Virus record (IMG/VR): IMGVR_UViG_3300045988_066620
Span: 1 to 36,509 of that record
Length of the DNA stretch: 36,509 bases
Direction: 5' to 3' (one strand)
Source: a virus
Each line of letters begins with the position of its first letter. Position 1 is the first letter of the stretch. Below, in pieces: positions 7,522 to 14,059 of this stretch. Position numbers and translations under genes: made by a program. The notes below the pieces were generated by a model. The model was not told the origin of the DNA. It saw nothing but the letters and a program-made list of their open reading frames with translations, and searched no databases.

Positions 7522-7650
7522 TCAGTGCCATTCATCGCTGCATTCATGCTCCCATTTGTGCTGGTCTATGATACATGCTATGAATAATATCACAGCGTAG
7601 AAAACCGCCAGAACCACGATTGTTGCGCCAATTATTGCGGCTATAAACAT
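7522..7650 (-). CDS. Possible small membrane peptide (42 aa, MFIAAIIGATIVVLAVFYAVILFIACII...)
   Basis: Hand-translated; one clear hydrophobic helix. The GAGGG is only ~1 nt from the ATG, so initiation is uncertain. Confidence 0.4.
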   Translation of the reverse strand: MFIAAIIGATIVVLAVFYAVILFIACIIDQHKWEHECSDEWH

Positions 7651-7663
7651 ACCCTCTGACACT

Positions 7664-7873
7664 TTACCACTTACCTTTCGTCTGTATCTCGACCTTGACT
7701 ATGGGTCTTGCAGTTTCCTTCATTGCCTTCTCCAGTTCCTCACGGATTGCGGTTTCGGCGGTTTCTTTAACATTTCGATATAGTCCATATACCGCCAGTG
7801 CGAATAGCGCCACACACAGTGCTATTGCAGCCACGAATCTGATGATCTCCAGCGTTGCTATCATCTCGTTCAT
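7664..7873 (-). CDS. Small single-pass membrane protein (69 aa from MNEMIATLE...)
   Basis: ATG at 7873 forms an ATGA overlap with the stop of the upstream HTH gene. Hydrophobic helix IIRFVAAIALCVALFALAVYGL. Confidence 0.65.
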   Translation of the reverse strand: MNEMIATLEIIRFVAAIALCVALFALAVYGLYRNVKETAETAIREELEKAMKETARPIVKVEIQTKGKW

Positions 7874-8118
7874 CTTCTTCCACTCCTTTCCTTGCAATAC
7901 TCTGCAAAGATTTCTTCGGGGTTCGCCCCGATTATCTTGCAGTACGTTACGATTTGTTCAGCATTCATGGTGCCGAACTGCCGTTCCCACCTGCTTACGG
8001 CTGTCTGTGTCATGCTCAGCCGTTTTGCAATTTTTGCCTGCGTGATATCATTATTGGTTCTGATAGACCTCAGCCTTTTTGATATCACGTCATTGGCGGT
8101 CGTTTTTTTCGCTGGCAT
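7870..8118 (-). CDS. XRE-family helix-turn-helix protein (82 aa)
   Basis: RLRSIRTNNDITQAKIAKRLSMTQTAVSRWE HTH pattern. ATG at 8118 is preceded by GGAGGTG. Confidence 0.8.
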   Translation of the reverse strand: MPAKKTTANDVISKRLRSIRTNNDITQAKIAKRLSMTQTAVSRWERQFGTMNAEQIVTYCKIIGANPEEIFAEYCKERSGRR

Positions 8119-8132
8119 TGTTTTCACCTCCA

Positions 8133-8348
8133 CTATTCTGCATGAACATCACGGGTAAGATAGTCCAGCGTAACGTTCAGCCATTTGGCTATCTGCAGAA
8201 GCACCGACGCTGGCATATCGTTTTTATCCTGCCATTTAGACCATGTTCTGCGGTCTATTTCGATAGTCTTCGCAAGGTCCTGCTGGGTGAGATGTCTGCG
8301 TCTCAGTTCACCATTGATGTTGTCAAATATCGTTGTCTTTTCAGCCAT
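8133..8348 (-). CDS. Cro-like XRE-family HTH regulator (71 aa), first gene of the leftward early operon
   Basis: LRRRHLTQQDLAKTIEIDRRTWSKWQ HTH pattern. Divergent from the CI-like gene across an operator-rich spacer. Confidence 0.8.
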   Translation of the reverse strand: MAEKTTIFDNINGELRRRHLTQQDLAKTIEIDRRTWSKWQDKNDMPASVLLQIAKWLNVTLDYLTRDVHAE

Positions 8349-8380
8349 TTGTTACACCTCCGTTTTCATTTTGAATTCTC

Positions 8381-8490
8381 ATACTCGTTTTGAGTACATT
8401 ATCATTATATACTCATTTTGGGAATTTGTCAACCCCAAATTGGGTACAAATATGTACAAATTTGAGATTATATTTTTGTACAAAATACTC
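8381..8490. promoter_or_regulatory. Operator cluster: three ATACTCRTTTTG sites (8381, 8409, 8485) and three GTACAAA sites (8444, 8454, 8478)
   Basis: Includes the palindromes TACTCgttttGAGTA (8382..8396), GTACAaataTGTAC and TTTTGTACAAAA. Confidence 0.6.
8404..8432 (-). promoter_or_regulatory. Early-left promoter: TTGACA - 17 nt - TATAAT
   Basis: The minus strand reads TTGACAaattcccaaaatgagtaTATAAT (plus-strand tgtcaa at 8427..8432, attata at 8404..8409). Confidence 0.7.
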
Positions 8491-8518
8491 ATTTTGAAAA
8501 TAATGTGCCCTATTTTCA

Positions 8519-8547
8519 TTGACAAATTCCCATAATGGGTATATAAT
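8519..8547 (+). promoter_or_regulatory. Repressor-gene promoter: TTGACA - 17 nt - TATAAT
   Basis: TTGACAaattcccataatgggtaTATAAT. It is almost identical (27/29) to the divergent early-left promoter. Confidence 0.7.
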
Positions 8548-8570
8548 ATATATAGTAGGAGGTGATAAGA

Positions 8571-8900
8571 ATGTTTGACAACCGCCTAAAAAAACTGAGA
8601 ATGGCGAAAAACCTCACACAAGAGGAAGTTGCAAAAGCCTTAGGCTTGCCGAAAACAACCTACTGCAACTACGAACGTGATGAGAGAGAGCCGTCAGCAA
8701 TGACACTTTTGAAGATCTCAGCATACTTTGGCGTGTCTCTCGATTATCTTTGCGGAAACGAGGGCGAAAAAAATTCCCCGCCACCACAAAGTGACGAGGA
8801 AGCCAAGATTATCGACGCATTAAAGGTTCTTGAAGATAGCGAAATCAAAGACCTTGACAAATATGTCGATTTTCTCCTATTCAAGAGAGGGCTGCTTTAA
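8571..8900 (+). CDS. CI-like XRE-family repressor (109 aa, no S24 peptidase domain)
   Basis: ATG at 8571 is 8 nt after AGGAGG. HTH pattern LKKLRMAKNLTQEEVAKALGLPKTTYCNYE. Confidence 0.8.
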   Translation: MFDNRLKKLRMAKNLTQEEVAKALGLPKTTYCNYERDEREPSAMTLLKISAYFGVSLDYLCGNEGEKNSPPPQSDEEAKIIDALKVLEDSEIKDLDKYVDFLLFKRGLL

Positions 8901-8925
8901 GCAGCTCTTTTCTTTTTCTGCTCTT
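8886..8925 (+). terminator. Probable intrinsic terminator of the repressor gene
   Basis: GCTGC-tttaa-GCAGC stem, extendable with G-U pairs, with the stop codon in the loop. Followed by ttttctttttctgctcttatttttt. Confidence 0.45.
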
Positions 8926-9049
8926 ATTTTTTCCCACAATTCGGGGTGCTGTAGTATGTAAATCTTGTGGGCTAGTCTTTTTTCAAATTCTGTTCGTTCT
9001 TCTTCCGTCATATGTACTCCTCCTATGATTTATAAAACGTATGTTCGAT

Positions 9050-9084
9050 AAGCCTATTATATACCATGTAATCACGGCTGTCAA
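9050..9084 (-). promoter_or_regulatory. Near-consensus promoter pointing leftward, antisense to the 3' end of the repressor gene
   Basis: Minus-strand TTGACA (plus tgtcaa 9079..9084) followed 15-18 nt later by TATAAT. I could not fix the spacer length to the nucleotide. No ORF >12 codons lies downstream. Confidence 0.35.
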
Positions 9085-9258
9085 TACCCCTTTTATGTAC
9101 TGTCCGAAAAATCGGACTAAAATAAAAAAATGTCAAAAAGGTATTGCAAAATATGCGTTAAAATGCTATTATATATATGAAACACACTATATATAGGCTA
9201 TGTGTAAATTGTAGCATTTTTATGACATAAAATGCAAGCGTGTTTATAATATCGAACA

Positions 9259-9459
9259 TTATTTGTTAAAACTGAACAAATCGTCAAGACCGCATTTTAG
9301 CGATTTTGCCAATAGCACAGCCGTTGAAATGCGTGGGTCAACGTTATAGCGTTCTATCTGGTCAATTTCAGAAAAACTAACGCCTGACAGTTCGGATAGC
9401 TGGCGCAGTGTCAAACGTTGTGTGCGACGTATATCACGCAGATGTGTTTCGTATATCAT
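9259..9459 (-). CDS. XRE-family HTH protein (66 aa)
   Basis: LRDIRRTQRLTLRQLSELSGVSFSEIDQIE HTH pattern. AGAGGTG RBS 8 nt upstream. Confidence 0.75.
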   Translation of the reverse strand: MIYETHLRDIRRTQRLTLRQLSELSGVSFSEIDQIERYNVDPRISTAVLLAKSLKCGLDDLFSFNK

Positions 9460-9460
9460 A

Positions 9461-9506
9461 TATAATCACCTCTGTGGCTAGTATGCCCACAGGAGCCGTG
9501 ATTATA
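9461..9506. promoter_or_regulatory. 46-bp imperfect palindrome between divergent genes (candidate operator)
   Basis: TATAATCAC (9461..9469) and GTGATTATA (9498..9506) form a perfect 9-bp inverted repeat. Inner arms are CTCTGTGG / CCACAGGAG. It covers the RBS of the 66-aa HTH gene. Confidence 0.5.
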
Positions 9507-9524
9507 AGAAAAGGGGTAGAAAAC

Positions 9525-10382
9525 ATGGGATTCCGTTTTAGAAAATCAATCAAACTTGGCGGCGGTGCAAGATTAAACATCGGCAAAAAATCTGTCGGCA
9601 TGAGTGTCGGCGGAAAGGGCGCACGATACAGTGTCAACAGTTCAGGACGGCGCACAAAGTCTGTCGGTATACCAGGCACAGGGCTGTCATATGTATCAAC
9701 ATCTGGCGGCAGGAAATCGTCCAGCCGTAGGTCTCACGGCCGCAAAGCAAGTGGCACGTCAAAGGGCGGTTGCCTGCTGGTAATAATCATTTTCTGTGCT
9801 ATATCAGTTATAGTCTACGGAATAGCGCACCTATTCGGCTATAGGCGGCCGACAAAGGTTGAATGGACTAATGACAACTATTCTATCGCACTGAACGATT
9901 ATAATCGTGACTATAGCCACATAATCTATTTGCGAATCACAGGTGAAACCGACGCAGAGGGCGTTGATCCGAAAGATATAAAAATTGAAATCAGCAATCC
10001 TGACGTTTGTCAGTTAGAATATGATGATAGCGGTGCATATGTCACCTATGATGTGAAACCCCTGAAAGACGGCTTTGCGGACGTGACCGCCACATATGAC
10101 GGTGTGACATCAGACCCTATCACAATCACAGTGGATATGGGTGAAAAAGTCACTACTACCACCACGACAACAACTACTACCACGACGACGACAACCACCA
10201 CCGAAGCAATCCCTGCGACAACTACCACGCAGGACCCAGCAGAAACAATTGTATATATCACGGCTTCGGGCGACAAGTATCATAACAAATACTGCAGATA
10301 CTATGATGATACCTGCACACCAATGACCCTGCAGGACGCCCAGAACGCAGGCTACAAGCCTTGCAAGGTGTGCGGCGGATAA
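9525..10382 (+). CDS. DUF4236-domain membrane protein with an Ig-like domain, a poly-Thr linker and a C-terminal Cys/His metal-binding motif (285 aa)
   Basis: ATG at 9525 after AAGGGG. MGFRFRKSIKLGGGARLNIGKK... matches the DUF4236 pattern. TM helix CLLVIIIFCAISVIVYGIAHLF. 17 consecutive Thr codons at 10152..10202. C-terminal YITASGDKYHNKYCRYY...GYKPCKVCG. Confidence 0.75.
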   Translation: MGFRFRKSIKLGGGARLNIGKKSVGMSVGGKGARYSVNSSGRRTKSVGIPGTGLSYVSTSGGRKSSSRRSHGRKASGTSKGGCLLVIIIFCAISVIVYGIAHLFGYRRPTKVEWTNDNYSIALNDYNRDYSHIIYLRITGETDAEGVDPKDIKIEISNPDVCQLEYDDSGAYVTYDVKPLKDGFADVTATYDGVTSDPITITVDMGEKVTTTTTTTTTTTTTTTTTEAIPATTTTQDPAETIVYITASGDKYHNKYCRYYDDTCTPMTLQDAQNAGYKPCKVCGG

Positions 10383-10532
10383 ACAATACCGCACAACAAA
10401 AAAGCCCCCACAGAGCGACCTGTGAGGGCGTGTACAACCGACCTAGCAAGAGATGATACTATAATAGTAGGAAGTACCCTATTATTCTATCATAAATTGA
10501 AAACATTGTCAAGATAATAGGAGGAATTTTAC

Positions 10533-11582
10533 ATGGCAACAGCGAAGAAATTACCAAGCGGAAGTTATCGTGTGAGAGTGTACGATAAAAACACCGGTAA
10601 ATACAAATCTTTCACGGCCGAAACGAAAAAAGCCGCCGAGCTTGCGGCGGCGGAATGGCTGATAAAATGTCAGGACGAAGAAAACCAGCAAATAACATTC
10701 CAGACCGCAGCTGAAGAATATATCAAAATAAAAACGCCTGTGCTATCACCCACCACGATACACGGCTATCAGACTATCCTGCGTAACAATGTTGACAGGT
10801 TGAAAGATATTCCAATTGATGAGGTTACGCCGCAGCTAGTGCAGGACTGGGTAAACGGTTTGACCGTTGAAAAATCGCCGAAAACTGTTCATAACATCTA
10901 TGGTTTTTTTACAGCTGTTATGTCATACTATGACGTGGATATACGGTTAGGAAAAATTCGTTTGCCACCCAAAACAAAAAAATTTAAAATTCTGCCTGAT
11001 GTTGAAACCGTAGTGGGCCTGTTCCGTGGGTCAGATATAGAAATCCCTGTGCTGTTGGCTGTATGGGGCGGTATGCGTATGTCGGAAATACTGGGTATCC
11101 GCCGCAAGGACCTATGCGGTGATGTGTTGACACTGTCGCAGGTGCGTGTCACAGTTGGTAAGGAAATAATTGACAAAGAGCAGGCTAAGACCTACAACAG
11201 TCGCCGACAGCTACGGCTAGGGCAGCCGATAGTAAATCTAATAGACAGCCTAAACCTGCAACCCGATGATTATGTTGTGACCTACACCCGAAAACAGGTG
11301 TACGGCCGTTTCGTCAAAGCAATGCGATCGGCAGGCTATCAGATCACATTTCACGATCTACGCCACATCAACGCCAGCGTTATGGCGAAACTAAATGTTC
11401 CTGATGTATACGCTATGGAACGTGGCGGCTGGAGCAACACCAGCACATTGAAATCGGTATATCAGCAAACGTTTGACACAGACCGCCAGCGTATTGACCA
11501 AACCATTGATAACTATTTTCAGGACATATATGACACGAAATGTGACATGAAAAATATAAAACAGCGTAAAAACGTAGTTTGA
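10533..11582 (+). CDS. int: Tyrosine site-specific integrase
   Basis: N-terminal arm-binding-type KKLPSGSYRVRVYD. Catalytic-domain signatures GMRMSEILG, HDLRH and ERGGWS...Y. AGGAGG RBS. Confidence 0.9.
   Translation: MATAKKLPSGSYRVRVYDKNTGKYKSFTAETKKAAELAAAEWLIKCQDEENQQITFQTAAEEYIKIKTPVLSPTTIHGYQTILRNNVDRLKDIPIDEVTPQLVQDWVNGLTVEKSPKTVHNIYGFFTAVMSYYDVDIRLGKIRLPPKTKKFKILPDVETVVGLFRGSDIEIPVLLAVWGGMRMSEILGIRRKDLCGDVLTLSQVRVTVGKEIIDKEQAKTYNSRRQLRLGQPIVNLIDSLNLQPDDYVVTYTRKQVYGRFVKAMRSAGYQITFHDLRHINASVMAKLNVPDVYAMERGGWSNTSTLKSVYQQTFDTDRQRIDQTIDNYFQDIYDTKCDMKNIKQRKNVV
11526..11547 (+). repeat. Arm-type repeat, copy 1 (atatatgacacgaaatGtgaca), inside the int 3' end
   Basis: 21/22 identity with 11730..11751; the two copies flank the tRNA-like core. 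Confidence 0.6.
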
Positions 11583-11591
11583 ATAACTTTT

Positions 11592-11622
11592 GCCGTGGGT
11601 TCAAGTCCCGTCACCTCGACCA
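11592..11622 (+). other. attP core candidate: 3' fragment of a tRNA gene (T-arm + acceptor 3' strand + CCA)
   Basis: gccGTGGGTTCAAGTCCCGTCACCTCGACCA contains a canonical TTCAAGT T-loop flanked by GGG/CCC, then a 7-nt acceptor strand, A73 and CCA. No matching 5' acceptor strand lies upstream, so this is a fragment and not a gene. Implied C1:G72 plus A73 is tRNA-Pro-like (weak). Confidence 0.6.
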
Positions 11623-11729
11623 GTAAAAAACCGTTTGTTTGCGTCAAATGACGTAGATAGGCGGTTTTCTTTATGCCCTAAAATGCTAAAATATGCGTAG
11701 AAATGATAAAATATCATTCAAAATGATAA

Positions 11730-11751
11730 ATATATGACACGAAATATGACA
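11730..11751 (+). repeat. Arm-type repeat, copy 2 (atatatgacacgaaatAtgaca)
   Basis: 21/22 identity with 11526..11547. Adjacent aaatgataaa(a)tat direct repeats at 11701 and 11721. Confidence 0.6.
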
Positions 11752-11835
11752 CAGAATTTTGCACACACTGAAATTTTGTTCTGAAAATATGCACAAAAGG
11801 CAAGTCTATATTTGTGCAATCCTACAAAATTCAAT

Positions 11836-11892
11836 GTTATCTATATTTTTGTTATCTAACTACTTGACATTTGCTAGATAACATGGTATACT
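11836..11892 (+). promoter_or_regulatory. Promoter (TTGACA 11864..11869 - 17 nt - TATACT 11887..11892) with three GTTATCTA operator-like boxes
   Basis: GTTATCTA at 11836 and 11851. The inverted copy TAGATAAC at 11875 lies inside the promoter spacer. Confidence 0.6.
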
Positions 11893-11952
11893 ATAATCAC
11901 AGGCAAGAGATGAGACCTGAAATCAAAAATTAATTTTCGGAGGTACAAAATC

Positions 11953-12204
11953 ATGAAAATCACAGGCGTAAAAAAAGCAGTAGGAACTTTTAAGAGAGCT
12001 AATGAGGGCGGCTTCTATCGTTCAACAATGGGTGTGTTGATGGTTGATTGCTCAACAGGTTATGTATGGTGTGACGAATTAACATGTGACTCTTGGGTCA
12101 ACTACGAAGATAAGAATATCGCTTACTTGGAATGGGACGGGGAAGCCACTATGAAGAACATCAAGGCGGCAGCCGAAAGAATGTGCGCAGAACATATCGC
12201 ATAA
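11953..12204 (+). CDS. Hypothetical protein (83 aa), first gene of the att-proximal accessory operon
   Basis: GGAGG RBS 9 nt upstream. I recognise no family. Confidence 0.7.
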   Translation: MKITGVKKAVGTFKRANEGGFYRSTMGVLMVDCSTGYVWCDELTCDSWVNYEDKNIAYLEWDGEATMKNIKAAAERMCAEHIA

Positions 12205-12293
12205 ACAGCCCTGACGAGTATCTGAAAATTGATACGAAACGCCCGAAAGGGCGTCGGCTGGAAAGCAAAATAAATCTGAAAGGAACTGATAAC

Positions 12294-13001
12294 ATGAGTA
12301 ATTTGAAAAACATGAGAGAAGCAAGAGGCATGACACAAGATGAGCTGGCAAAGAGGATAGGTTCTGTTAGAAGCTATATCTGCCGTCTGGAAAGCGGTGC
12401 GCAGGATATCAATTTTATCCAGGCGAGCACACTGGGACGTCTATGCACGGCACTAGACTGCAAACCAGAAGATTTGCTGGAAGCCGATAGTTTTGAATTT
12501 GAGGAGATCAACGGCGAAAAGCGATTGATAGTTGATGGGCTGTATAGCCCCGAAGGCAACTATTTGCTGGTAAAAATCAAGAACCGCACATATCAGCTGA
12601 ACATGATTGATTTTTCAAACGTCAATGATGTATCAAAATATCTGATACCACGTGGAAATGTCAATGTCCCACGAAGCGCAGTGGAATTTGACAAAAAAGC
12701 ATACTGGATATATAAAATGGCACCACGTGACGGCGTGGAAGTCAAAGTCCTCGACCCTATCAATCCAGAGGATTGGAAGGTGCTAGTTGAAAAACTAGGG
12801 CTGACCGATGATGATATTTCGGATGAATTTGAGGTTGTCAAAGGTAAGAACTATGGTGAAAAGTGTGAGAAGCACTATATTTGCAGACAGATCAGACTTA
12901 CCGGTCCAAAAAATTCGGTTACAATCGAACGAGAACTGAAAAAGCACGGCATAGAAGCAACAAATGTAAATATCGACCGCATAAACATCAGGGTAAAATG
13001 A
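12294..13001 (+). CDS. XRE-HTH fused to a ~165-aa domain of unknown function (235 aa)
   Basis: ATG at 12294 after GAAAGGA. HTH pattern NMREARGMTQDELAKRIGSVRSYICRLESG. The C-terminal domain is unrecognised. The stop is coupled to the next start (TGAcATG). Confidence 0.75.
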   Translation: MSNLKNMREARGMTQDELAKRIGSVRSYICRLESGAQDINFIQASTLGRLCTALDCKPEDLLEADSFEFEEINGEKRLIVDGLYSPEGNYLLVKIKNRTYQLNMIDFSNVNDVSKYLIPRGNVNVPRSAVEFDKKAYWIYKMAPRDGVEVKVLDPINPEDWKVLVEKLGLTDDDISDEFEVVKGKNYGEKCEKHYICRQIRLTGPKNSVTIERELKKHGIEATNVNIDRINIRVK

Positions 13002-13002
13002 C

Positions 13003-13977
13003 ATGGCAAAACAAAAATACGAATTGCTGCCAGACAAAGTAGTAGCAGCCAACATAGAAACCATAAAAGCCATAGGACATATCGCAACCGATACCGATAT
13101 AGTGGACTATGTCAGCGGTCAGCTGATGCGTGACTATATCAAAATCGGTAAGAAGACACTAGACGAAGCCGCCAAGCTGACCGAACAAACGATAATGTCA
13201 GATGATTTTTTAGACAAGCTGGGGGCTATAAAAAATATGACAAACTGGTACTATAGTGGACGGCAAGTGTATCTATTTGATGATGATTTTGCAGATTTGC
13301 TCAGCGGTCAAGGCACAGCCGATTTGAAAATCAGCGCAGACGTTTTCAAACAATTGCCGTGTAACTGTTTTTATGTCCAGCGAAAATACAAAAATAGCGT
13401 GGGGTTTTTCTTCGATTTGCAGGGCGACCGAATGACAATGACAGAATATTTTTTTGACGATGCTGAAAAAGACTACTATTCGGAATCAATCGCTATAGAA
13501 TTGCAGTATGATATGACAGTTGAAGAACTGATATATAAAATTCTAGGCAGCTATGCCAAAAAAGACAAGGCAGGCACTAAGGCAATGATATGCGACATAG
13601 CCGAAAAATTGCAGTTCATTGTCTACCTATCAGCCGTAAACGCTGAAATCACACCTGTCACGAAACGACAGGCACAGAAGGAGACCGCCGCACAACATCC
13701 ACAGAAGCCGTCTGCACAGCCCCAAAAATCAGCCGTAGCAAATGTAGGATACCGCATAGGAATTGCTGTGCGCAAGCACAGACAGGCTGAAAGCAGTGTC
13801 AGCTACCAGCACAGTGCACAAGGTCACAGCGCACCGAAAGCACCGCACATCAGACGTGCGCATTTTCACGGATACCATACCAACAACGGCTATAAGGTGA
13901 AATGGCTGAATACGATTTTTGTAAACGCTGAACGTGACGACGGAGATATCAGTACCGTTCACAAGGTTCTGCAATAA
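13003..13977 (+). CDS. Hypothetical protein (324 aa), unknown function
   Basis: Translationally coupled to the upstream gene. Globular N-terminal part, a Q/P/A-rich linker, and a basic His-rich C-terminal motif HIRRAHFHGYHTNNGYKVKWLNTIFV. Confidence 0.75.
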   Translation: MAKQKYELLPDKVVAANIETIKAIGHIATDTDIVDYVSGQLMRDYIKIGKKTLDEAAKLTEQTIMSDDFLDKLGAIKNMTNWYYSGRQVYLFDDDFADLLSGQGTADLKISADVFKQLPCNCFYVQRKYKNSVGFFFDLQGDRMTMTEYFFDDAEKDYYSESIAIELQYDMTVEELIYKILGSYAKKDKAGTKAMICDIAEKLQFIVYLSAVNAEITPVTKRQAQKETAAQHPQKPSAQPQKSAVANVGYRIGIAVRKHRQAESSVSYQHSAQGHSAPKAPHIRRAHFHGYHTNNGYKVKWLNTIFVNAERDDGDISTVHKVLQ

Positions 13978-13991
13978 CTGCGTATCGCAAT

Positions 13992-14025
13992 AAAAAAAGC
14001 CGCCAGGGCAAACGCTCTGACGGCT
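13992..14025 (-). terminator. Intrinsic terminator at the convergence of the lysis operon and the accessory operon
   Basis: The minus strand reads AGCCGTCAGagcgtttgccCTGGCGGCT followed by TTTTTTT. The plus-strand reading has only a weak T-tract. Confidence 0.65.
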
Positions 14026-14059
14026 AAATTTATGAGGAATTTATGAGAATTTTATGCGA

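Noticed and set aside
7095-7587. ORFs 7095..7292 (-), 7143..7370 (+) and 7282..7587 (+) inside the motif array
   Set aside because: They are short, lack a Shine-Dalgarno sequence, overlap each other in different frames, and have odd basic or Cys/Pro/Leu-rich composition dictated by the GCAANGG/CCNTTGC motif. The region is better described as non-coding.
8972-9010. Strong GGAGG + ATG at 9010 (minus strand), first read as a 44-aa gene convergent with the repressor
   Set aside because: Careful re-translation gives ATG ACG GAA GAG AAC GAA CAG AAT TTG AAA AAA GAC TAG, which is only 12 codons. My first reading contained a transcription error.
9102-9117. Hairpin GTCCGA-aaaa-TCGGAC as a terminator
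   Set aside because: On the plus strand it is followed by an A-run. On the minus strand the T-run precedes the stem. Neither orientation gives a canonical intrinsic terminator.
9408-9524. Long version of the DUF4236 ORF starting at 9408
   Set aside because: The extension overlaps the divergent 66-aa HTH gene and the palindromic operator. The DUF4236 motif begins at the ATG at 9525, which has its own RBS.
10046-10276. Antisense ORF with a poly-Val run (and ORFs 10110..10394 and 10141..10326)
   Set aside because: These are shadow frames of the poly-Thr (ACN)17 tract in the DUF4236 gene.
10397-10432. Hairpin GCCCCCACAG...CTGTGAGGGC after the DUF4236 gene as its terminator
   Set aside because: The T-tract is on the wrong side for the plus strand (an A-run precedes the stem). 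It would terminate only minus-strand, antisense-to-int transcription, so its role is unclear and it is not annotated.
11550-11622. A complete tRNA gene next to int
   Set aside because: Only the T-arm, the 3' acceptor strand and CCA are present. The expected 5' acceptor strand (CGAGGTG) and the D and anticodon arms are absent upstream, where the int coding sequence lies. It is therefore an attP fragment and not a gene.
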